A stretch of DNA of 64,000 nucleotides, taken from positions 106,498-170,497 of the forward strand of contig CAVXLD010000001.1 in NCBI GenBank assembly GCA_963762565.1. The letters are read 5' to 3'. Below the pieces are notes generated by a model. It searched no databases. It worked only from the letters and a program-made list of their open reading frames with translations, and was not told the origin of the DNA. Source of the DNA: an uncultured Verrucomicrobiae bacterium. Lineage in GTDB: Bacteria; Verrucomicrobiota; Verrucomicrobiia; Chthoniobacterales; JAFAMB01. The translations under genes were made by a program, and so were the position numbers. Shown here piece by piece: positions 36,615-43,990 of this stretch. The first letter of the stretch is position 1; every line of letters starts with the position of its first letter.

Positions 36615-37064
36615 ATGAAAACCGCCTCCGTGCGCGACTTGCGCAACCGCTTCGCAGATATCGCCAAATGGATCGAAGACGGGGAAAAAGTCGCTATCAC
36701 ACGTAACTGAGCTATTTTCGCTACTCTCTCGCCGGCAACTCCAAGACCAGCTCGTAAACCGGATTGGGCTGCCCGGTTCAGACAGTATCAGGCGGTAGGG
36801 CGAAAACTATCGAAGAAGAGACGGAAGAGTCCTGGTCCAATTTGCGGGATTGACAGCATGCCAGGCGACGCCCCCAGTAGAGTAGACGAATGTGTTCCGG
36901 CGAGCCGATGAACTCAGCGCCAAACACGCCCGTTCAGCTCCACAACGGACGATCGATTTAATCCACGTCGCATCGCCCTCGAAAGCGACGCAAAAAATTT
37001 TCTATCCTTCGATAATCGACAACGTCTTCTGGCGAGGGCTGCCGGACTAAGAACTAATCCCTGA
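36615..37064 (+). pseudogene. Decayed type II toxin-antitoxin pair (Phd/YefM-like antitoxin + PIN/VapC-like toxin remnant)
   Basis: MKTASVRDLRNRFADIAKWIEDGEKVAITRN-TGA-AIFATLSPA shows a stop where Gly is expected. Downstream PIN C-terminus ELSAKHARSAPQRTIDLIHVAS, then a frameshift, then LESDAKNFLSFDNRQRLLARAAGL, with an in-frame TAG upstream. Confidence 0.5.
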
Positions 37065-37763
37065 GTCTCGCGCCAGGTATAAGCCACGAGAACTGAATGC
37101 GTCTGGCAAATACTCGACGCTGAGACGTGCTCGCCGAAAAAGGTCCTTCCACTGATCGTGGTCTAACAAAAGCAACTCATGCCTTTCGACCGCATACCTG
37201 ACATCTATTCCATCTGCGAACAAATGATGCCCGATCAATATCGCGACATCCCCCTTCCTATCGCTCGTCATCAGGCGGCAAACCTTTCGCCGGTCGTCTG
37301 CTCCAGTAGCGATGTTGGCCTCGCCGGCACGCCACGCGTTAGGCTCGATAAAAGGCTCGATAAAGATGGCTCCTCCCGGGGCCAAATGGGCCTTGAAACA
37401 ACCCAGGGCTGATAGAATCGCTTCAGCCGTTAGCAGGTGCCCAATCGCGCTGAACAGACAGATCAGAAGGTCGAACTTGCGCCCCAGCTCGAATCGCTGC
37501 ATATCGGCGACTTGAAAATTTCCATCGGGCCGTTTTTCGCTCGCGATCCTCACAAGAGCGGGCTCAAGATCGATACCGGCTACTTCGTATTCGGGCAAGA
37601 AGCGGAGGTGTTCGCCTGTGCCGCATGCGATGTCTAAGATTGTGCGTCCCTCGGGAACAAATCGACGAAAAAGCTCCCGTAACCGATCGGTTTCTCCCCG
37701 GTAATCCTTCTTAGAGTAAACTAGGTAATAATATTCGGCGGAAGCAGAATACATAGCCTGCAT
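37047..37763 (-). CDS. Class I SAM-dependent methyltransferase
   Basis: Motif I ILDIACGTGEHL. 238 aa. Confidence 0.8.
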   Translation of the reverse strand: MQAMYSASAEYYYLVYSKKDYRGETDRLRELFRRFVPEGRTILDIACGTGEHLRFLPEYEVAGIDLEPALVRIASEKRPDGNFQVADMQRFELGRKFDLLICLFSAIGHLLTAEAILSALGCFKAHLAPGGAIFIEPFIEPNAWRAGEANIATGADDRRKVCRLMTSDRKGDVAILIGHHLFADGIDVRYAVERHELLLLDHDQWKDLFRRARLSVEYLPDAFSSRGLYLARDSGISS

Positions 37764-37949
37764 GGTAACAAATGCGCAGGCATTTGTGTACCATGCAGGC
37801 TACCGCAGAATGATCCGGCAAAGCCGGACAATTCTGCTGAAATCTACAGAGAGAGATTCCGACAGCCGACTTTTCCGGCGTAGCCGGAGAAGTCGGCTCA
37901 TAGCCTGCGCAGCCGAAAAATGCCTGCGCATTTTTCGGCTGCGCAGGCT
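37755..37949. repeat. Hairpin-dense intergenic region with two related palindromes (AGCCTGC...AAATGC family)
   Basis: 37755-37801 is agcctgcatggtaacaaatgc-gcag-gcatttgtgtaccatgcaggct, overlapping the methyltransferase ATG. 37902-37949 is agcctgcgcagccgaaaaatgc-ctgc-gcatttttcggctgcgcaggct, touching the CNNM stop. Two further hairpins lie between them. Confidence 0.8.
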
Positions 37950-39340
37950 TAGTTTGCAGCCACTTCTTCAGACGGTTGAACCTGGCGTTTTTTGAAGTGG
38001 AGCTGGAAAATCCTGAGACCGTCCGTTTGGGTTATCGTCACTAAATATTCCTCAATCTGGACTTGTTCGCCCTGTTTGGGTAAGTGTCCGAGGAGCTGGA
38101 CGACATACCCGCCGATAGTGGCCACTTCGGGGTTCTCCAGGTGAAGATCAGCCAGCTCTTGGAGCTCGTAGAGGTTCAGTTGACCCTGGACGACGAACTC
38201 TTCTTCGTTGAGCCGGATAAATTCTCGAGCTGGTTCCTGATCGAACTCATCCTTGATTTCACCAACCAATTCTTCCAGCACATTGTCCATTGTTACAATC
38301 CCAACCGCTCCCCCAAACTCATCCACTACCACCGCCAAATGCACTCTTTTTGCCAGGAATGTATTCAGCAGCTTATCCAATGGCATAAATTCCGGGACCG
38401 GTAGAAGATCGCGCTTGATCGCTAAAAGATCCGGCTTGGGCTTCTTCATCTCCTTCATCAGGTCTTTGATATGAATCAGACCAATCGTGTTGTCGAGATG
38501 GCCCTGAACCAAAGGGAAGCGAGTGTGTGCCGACTCGATCGCGACCTGAAGATTGGCTTCGAAGGAATCTTGGGCGTCCAAGTAGATCACATCTCCCCGC
38601 GGTGTCATAATATCTCGAACAACGCGGCGTCGAAAATCCAACGCGTTAATGAGGAGCTCCCTACTCAGCGCAGTAACCTCCGTTTTGGAATCGCTTTCGG
38701 TAAGGATAACCCGGAGTTCTTCCTCGCTATGGCCTAGCTCATTTTCGGCCACCGGATCCAGACGCAGAAGCTTCAGGATCTCCCTGGCCGAGACTTGCAG
38801 GAACCAGATGGCGGGCCTGAAGATAAGGTAAAATAGATGTAACGGCGCGCACAGCCAGAGACTGGTCTCAAGAGCTTTCCGAATCGAGACGGTTTTCGGG
38901 GTTAATTCGCCAAGAACAATGTGAAAGTAGGTGATCAGAGCAAACGCCAATGTGATCGAGACGCCATCAACCACCGCTGGTGAGTTAATACCTACGTGAG
39001 AGAGGAGCGGTGAAAGCAGGCCGGCGACATAAGGTTGCCCGATCCAACCCAGGGCCAGGCTGGCTAGTGTGACTCCCAACTGAGTCGCCGATAGATAAGC
39101 ATCCAGATTTGCGATGACATGCTTGGCTAAACGCGCCCTCCGATTCCCCTCCTCTTCAAGAAGATCAAGCTGGCTGGATCGGACTTTGACCAAGGCGAAT
39201 TCCGAGGCCACAAAGAATCCATTCAGAAAAATCAGAAGCAGTATAACGAAGAGGTGGGTGAACACCCCACTAGGGGTAGTGTCCTCTGTCTCCGCACCCA
39301 GGAATGGTAAAACCATCCCTAAAGAAATCGCCATGATCAT
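37949..39340 (-). CDS. CNNM/HlyC/CorC-family transporter (DUF21 TM domain + CBS pair + CorC_HlyC)
   Basis: 463 aa. N-terminal 4-TM DUF21, CBS pair (VRDIMTPRGDVIYLD...), C-terminal transporter-associated domain. Confidence 0.88.
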   Translation of the reverse strand: MIMAISLGMVLPFLGAETEDTTPSGVFTHLFVILLLIFLNGFFVASEFALVKVRSSQLDLLEEEGNRRARLAKHVIANLDAYLSATQLGVTLASLALGWIGQPYVAGLLSPLLSHVGINSPAVVDGVSITLAFALITYFHIVLGELTPKTVSIRKALETSLWLCAPLHLFYLIFRPAIWFLQVSAREILKLLRLDPVAENELGHSEEELRVILTESDSKTEVTALSRELLINALDFRRRVVRDIMTPRGDVIYLDAQDSFEANLQVAIESAHTRFPLVQGHLDNTIGLIHIKDLMKEMKKPKPDLLAIKRDLLPVPEFMPLDKLLNTFLAKRVHLAVVVDEFGGAVGIVTMDNVLEELVGEIKDEFDQEPAREFIRLNEEEFVVQGQLNLYELQELADLHLENPEVATIGGYVVQLLGHLPKQGEQVQIEEYLVTITQTDGLRIFQLHFKKRQVQPSEEVAAN

Positions 39341-39634
39341 TGGAAATTAGGCCATTCTCAAGCACCAGGTATTGCTGTCGGTTCCATAGTCCGCCTTCGT
39401 CCCTTTCTGCGGGACTTCCGCCGTCGCTAAAGCTATGGCGGACAAGTCAGCGCGACAAGCCTACCTCGAAATGCCGAGAGAGCCTTGAAATGGCCGGTCT
39501 TTTTCGCAAGGAACGAGACCCGACATTTCGAGATCCTCGCGGGCTCAGCAATGAACTTACCCTCGATTACCAGCGATCTATCGACTGGACAGCATCGTTT
39601 ACGCTGCTGCCACCTGACGGTCAAGAGTGAAGAT

Positions 39635-39648
39635 CCCGCGGCTGCGGG
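39635..39648 (-). terminator. Possible intrinsic terminator after rpsN
   Basis: cccgc-ggct-gcggg hairpin directly after the stop codon, followed on the minus strand by AUCUUCACUCUU. The stem is short. Confidence 0.35.
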
Positions 39649-39649
39649 A

Positions 39650-39919
39650 CTACCAACTCGATTTAGTGACTCCAGGAATCAATCCCTGGGAAGCACACTC
39701 CCGAAAAGCAATTCGGGATAGGCGAAAGCGCCGGTTGAAGCTACGGCGGCGCCCGCTTTGTTCACAGCGATTAACCAAGCGCGTCGGACTGGCGTCTCGC
39801 GGGAGCTGGGCGAGCCCTTCGTAGTCGCCTTTAGCCTTTAATTCGGCTCGTAGGGCGGCATACTTCTTCACCGTCTTCAGCTTCCGTTTGTTCCTTTCAA
39901 TCCAAGCTTTCTTCGCCAT
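39650..39919 (-). CDS. rpsN: 30S ribosomal protein S14 (long, non-zinc-ribbon form), not in a ribosomal operon
   Basis: MAKKAWIERNKRKLKTVKKYAALRAELKAKGD...FRLSRIAFRECASQGLIPGVTKSSW. 89 aa, no CxxC pairs. Confidence 0.93.
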   Translation of the reverse strand: MAKKAWIERNKRKLKTVKKYAALRAELKAKGDYEGLAQLPRDASPTRLVNRCEQSGRRRSFNRRFRLSRIAFRECASQGLIPGVTKSSW

Positions 39920-39973
39920 AGAGGAGTGACGACCATACAGGGAAGCGCCCTCTTTTCAACGGAAAAATTAAGG

Positions 39974-40217
39974 GAAAGGAGCTAGGAGCCAGAATCTAGG
40001 ATCTAGGAGAAAACGTGTAGGCGGGTTGGCGTATCGACGTTTCGGCGTGCGCTGGACGCCGCGATCGAATGGGATCCGCCTTCGCCAAGCCTTCGGCGCG
40101 ACGGGCTTTATGGGACCTGTAGGACCTACCTGATTGACGCATACCTCCGGTGAGTCTAATCGGCTTTGCCACACCCACACGCGCGTCTCTCCTGGCTCCT
40201 GGATTCTGGCTCCTTTC
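39974..40217. repeat. P-arm cassette with S-like inner words
   Basis: gaaaggagctaggagccagaatctaggatctaggag (39974-40009) pairs with ctcctggctcctggattctggctcctttc (40189-40217). Core is about 180 nt. Confidence 0.85.
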
Positions 40218-40394
40218 TTAGGGCGTCCGGCCGATCCAAGCAGGGATCTGAACAGGGATACTCGAACCGGAAACATAATCCTGGGAATAGCTGGCCGGAG
40301 CATACTCACGGTGACCGGCGATATAGACGAAAGCGAGGAGGTTCAGCGTTCCTACAGTGATGAAAGCGATCAGTGGCAAACGGAATTTTTTCAT
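40218..40394 (-). CDS. Small hypothetical membrane protein (58 aa)
   Basis: MKKFRLPLIAFITVGTLNLLAFVYIAGHREYAPASYSQDYVSGSSIPVQIPAWIGRTP. Below the ORF-track cutoff. One TM helix. Downstream of the PHP-GT4 gene on the same strand. Confidence 0.3.
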   Translation of the reverse strand: MKKFRLPLIAFITVGTLNLLAFVYIAGHREYAPASYSQDYVSGSSIPVQIPAWIGRTP

Positions 40395-40639
40395 GGACCG
40401 AGGCTAACGCCGGTCCGTGTTTCTATTAAATCGATAGATTATCTATGATTATCGTTTGTATCGATGTACCGCCTTGGGACGGATCCTTGCCGGCACTGAC
40501 GACGGTTCAACCGAAAGTGGACCTAGTGGACTGAGTGGACGTAGTTGCGAATGCCTTTGCTTGATAGACGCCCCTAAGGCAGCAGAAATACTGCGGAGTA
40601 GCCGGAGTGTTTCTGCCGTAGCCTGCTTCGGCGAGCAGC

Positions 40640-43054
40640 TTAATGATTCCAGAACTGGCGGAAAGCGTTGGACCAATTGCGGTCCTGGACCCGTTGGCGG
40701 GCGTGATCGCCCATCTGGCGGCGGAGTTCCGGGTCAGCTGCCAAGCGTCGGATCGCCTCAGTAAAGTCCTCTACATCCAGCGATCGCGTGATGAACCCGT
40801 CTACCCCATCGGTGACAAGCTCAGCCGGACCGCCTTGATCGGAAACAACACAGGGTAAACCGGCAGCCTGAGCTTCCAGGACGACATTACCAAAGGTGTC
40901 GGTAGTACTCGGAAAAATGAAAACATCGCTCGAAGCGTAGGCAGCACCGAGCTCCTTTCCTTTCAAATAACCCGTATAGCAGGCTTCGGGTGCAATGTGC
41001 CGTAATTCTTTAAGGTAGGGGCCGTCACCAACAATCAATAGACGAACCGGGAGCTTCTCTTGTCGTAGTCGGTTCACGGCCTTTGCGGCGATATCGAGGT
41101 TTTTCTCCTTTGAAATTCGTCCCACATAAAGAAGTCCGATCTCTTCCGGAGCTTTGCCGAAATGGCTCCAAAACTTCGGATCACGGAGTCCCGGATTGAA
41201 AAGCCGGGTATCGATTCCTCGAGGAAAAATCTTCAGCCGCTCAGGAGCGATCCCGCGCCCAATCCATCGTTGCCGGTAGTACTCAGAGTTGACGTAGACC
41301 AAATCAAGCTGGGAGTAGAACCACTGCATGAAATTCCAGGCCAATGTTTCCATATAGTTGTCCTGGGTGAGAATCCGGACGTACTGGGGAAAGTCCGTGT
41401 GATAGATGCCCACGGCGCGTATATCGAGAATTTTGGCTGCAACCAATGCGGTTAAACCGACTGGCCCCGGCGTACTGATAATCAACTCGGTGAATCGCTC
41501 ACTCTGGACGTAGTCGATCATATGCAACACCGGCGGGAAGCTCAGCTTTTGCAACTCGTATTCTGGCAACTCGAACTCGCCAATCGGAACAAAGTTCTTG
41601 ATTGGGATATCAGCAATTCCGATCTGCTGACGCGAAGTGACGACAATGAGATCGGCTCCACTTTCCAGGCCGGCCGCCGTCATTTTTCGGATCGTAGTGG
41701 TGACGCCGTTTACGTCTTCCAAGGTGTCGGTAAACCAAGCCCGTTTCGTGTTTTGCAGAACGTCCGGGACGAAATTTACGGTACCTAAACAAATGTCGGT
41801 CAATCGGCTCCGGGACGGCGCCTGGCTATGGTAGCCGTAGAAATAGGGGCCCAGCAGTAAAGCGAGCGGCGTCAAAGCACTGAGCGTTTGCACAGCGTCC
41901 ATCACGTTGCCGGCAGAGATTTGCTGGACAAAACGATCAAAGAACCGAAACCCGAGCTGGTTAAAGACGGTAGCAACGAGCAAGAATGCTCGTCGTTCGG
42001 GTTCCTGAACTCCCTGGGTCTCCTTCGCAAGTTGAGCTTGGACGTCCTGATTCCCGAAATAATTAGCGAGCTCAGGCCAGAGGGACAGGTTCACCGGCTT
42101 GGCTAACTCGAAGATCTTGCCGGAGACGATTCCGTTAAAGATGAGACCGATCTTCTCGCCAATACTGAAATGGGTGGGGTTTTTGCCTTCTAAAAACCGC
42201 GAGATAACGACCTCCAAGAAACCCAGATTCGGGCTAACTGCAGCTGAGAACTTGTCCTTGGCGAATTGGTACGCGGTATTGTAGAGGCCGTGAGCAATCA
42301 CCAACGGGGTACCGCCGAACCCGCGAGTGACGCAATCACCATGCTCCAAGTAGTGCAGAAAATCGCGGATAGATTCTGCATCCGCTGTTTCTGTGTAGGC
42401 GGAACCGGGAAAGATTCCGGCATGATCATCGGAGCCAGCCACCAGCACCTTACGCCACGGTTCTGGATGAGTTGGCGCAAGTTTTTGGCGCTCGGCAAAT
42501 TCATCGATCCTTTCCGGCGTCAGCGAACGAAAAACGAAGCGGGCAACCTCGCTCAACAAGCTGTCTCGCAGACCGTTGACCCCTTCGAAATGCTTGAACA
42601 GCAGGATCAGCTTTTGGACGTGATCGGCAGTCAGACGACGGTCTTTGTCGTAGAAAGGATGGGCCACAGCATGGCAGATCCCATTGCGACTTAGATACTC
42701 TCGTACCTCGAAAATATTCCGGCGTAGTTCCTGGATCTCGGAATGCTGCGTTTCGGAGATATTCCAAACGAGCAGATGCACTGACACACGGTCGTCGGGG
42801 AACTCAGCTCCGACTTCGACACTGACGAAGCTGCCGGGTAAGCTGGCGATTTCCAGACAACCGTCGATGCGATTGTGGTCAGTGAAAGTCACAAAAGTCA
42901 TCCCCTTCTCTTTGAGCCGATGATAAAGGGCGCGCGGAGCAGAATAACTATCGGGAAAATCGAATCGACGAAAGAGCCACTCAGCGGATCGGTCGCTAAA
43001 CCGGGAGTGGAGATGGAGATCGACTTTAGCTGCCATCCTAGTTTCTGCGGACAT
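40640..43054 (-). CDS. PHP-domain phosphoesterase fused to a GT4 (group 1) glycosyltransferase
   Basis: N-terminus VDLHLHSRFSDRS...VTFTDHN (PHP metal site). C-terminus EKNLD...LLIVGDGPY...FIFPSTTDTFGNVVLEAQAAGLPCVVSDQGGPAELV (GT4, diacylglycerol-glycosyltransferase-like subgroup). 804 aa. Confidence 0.85.
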   Translation of the reverse strand: MSAETRMAAKVDLHLHSRFSDRSAEWLFRRFDFPDSYSAPRALYHRLKEKGMTFVTFTDHNRIDGCLEIASLPGSFVSVEVGAEFPDDRVSVHLLVWNISETQHSEIQELRRNIFEVREYLSRNGICHAVAHPFYDKDRRLTADHVQKLILLFKHFEGVNGLRDSLLSEVARFVFRSLTPERIDEFAERQKLAPTHPEPWRKVLVAGSDDHAGIFPGSAYTETADAESIRDFLHYLEHGDCVTRGFGGTPLVIAHGLYNTAYQFAKDKFSAAVSPNLGFLEVVISRFLEGKNPTHFSIGEKIGLIFNGIVSGKIFELAKPVNLSLWPELANYFGNQDVQAQLAKETQGVQEPERRAFLLVATVFNQLGFRFFDRFVQQISAGNVMDAVQTLSALTPLALLLGPYFYGYHSQAPSRSRLTDICLGTVNFVPDVLQNTKRAWFTDTLEDVNGVTTTIRKMTAAGLESGADLIVVTSRQQIGIADIPIKNFVPIGEFELPEYELQKLSFPPVLHMIDYVQSERFTELIISTPGPVGLTALVAAKILDIRAVGIYHTDFPQYVRILTQDNYMETLAWNFMQWFYSQLDLVYVNSEYYRQRWIGRGIAPERLKIFPRGIDTRLFNPGLRDPKFWSHFGKAPEEIGLLYVGRISKEKNLDIAAKAVNRLRQEKLPVRLLIVGDGPYLKELRHIAPEACYTGYLKGKELGAAYASSDVFIFPSTTDTFGNVVLEAQAAGLPCVVSDQGGPAELVTDGVDGFITRSLDVEDFTEAIRRLAADPELRRQMGDHARQRVQDRNWSNAFRQFWNH

Positions 43055-43096
43055 GACACTAGCTCACGCTGTAGCGCTGGCAAATAATTAGATCGA

Positions 43097-43227
43097 AGCG
43101 CCCCGTGGAGCGTGCCTCGCTTGCGAGTCCGACGAACCACCCATTGCGTATTTCCTCTTTCCGCGGGCTGTCAGGCGAAAATATCTCAGAGTCGGCCTTG
43201 CAAGCGAGGCACGCTCCACGGGGCGCT
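43097..43227. repeat. F3 cassette with perfect 28-bp inverted repeat
   Basis: agcgccccgtggagcgtgcctcgcttgc (43097-43124) is the exact reverse complement of 43200-43227. 75-nt core. Lies between DUF2334 and PHP-GT4, and the right arm contains the DUF2334 stop codon. Confidence 0.9.
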
Positions 43228-43990
43228 ACTTCCCCACCTCAACGCTCGCCGCCTTGAGATGATTGGCGATAAACTTTTCGTACGATAACGGTTGCCGGTC
43301 CTGAAGAGCAGCGGTGACCAAGCTCTTAACATGGGACCAAACTGCGGGAATCTCGCAATCTGCGGGGTGAATCCCGATCCGCAGCAACGGTTTATCTCGT
43401 AACCGAGAAAGCAGACCTTGGTTCCAAGCCAGGCTCACCATCCGCCTCCAAGGGGCTCGAGTGCTCCACACCAACGATCGTGAGTAATAATTGTGAACCC
43501 CGTCAAAAACTTTAACGGAGCCCACATTGGTAATGTAAGAAAACCCCACCTTGCGGACAGCGGCTTCCGCTTCGTAGCCCAAAAGCCAAGCCGGTGCTAC
43601 GAACCCGTTCAGCTTTCGGTCCAGGAATGCCAAGTCCTCAATACCCATTTGGAGGCGGGAAATCGCTTCATCCCTGGCGAGATCGAAAAATTCTCCTTCA
43701 CCGGCCGTGTACACTTGAGTCGTGAATTTGGTAATACCGGCATCCGTTGGTTTGGGATTGCGAGCGTGATAATAGCCGTGCAGCACGGGTTCGTAACCTT
43801 GTCGTACTCGATCTGATACCCACTCTTTGAATGCAACGTTATCCCGGACCGGCGCGTTGTGGTGATGGTTTGGGATGACCAGTAACGAGCCCTCGGAGAC
43901 ACCCAGGCTGCGAAGGGCCTCTATAATTTTGTCACAGCTCGCCTGAGTCAAAGGCGATACATCATGAACGGAAACGACGAGAGCTCTCAT
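43226..43990 (-). CDS. DUF2334-family protein (polysaccharide-deacetylase-like fold)
   Basis: MRALVVSVHDVSPLTQASCDKIIEALRSLGV...LVIPNHHH...VLHGYYH is typical of DUF2334. The ATG at 43990 overlaps the upstream gene by 29 nt. Confidence 0.7.
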   Translation of the reverse strand: MRALVVSVHDVSPLTQASCDKIIEALRSLGVSEGSLLVIPNHHHNAPVRDNVAFKEWVSDRVRQGYEPVLHGYYHARNPKPTDAGITKFTTQVYTAGEGEFFDLARDEAISRLQMGIEDLAFLDRKLNGFVAPAWLLGYEAEAAVRKVGFSYITNVGSVKVFDGVHNYYSRSLVWSTRAPWRRMVSLAWNQGLLSRLRDKPLLRIGIHPADCEIPAVWSHVKSLVTAALQDRQPLSYEKFIANHLKAASVEVGK

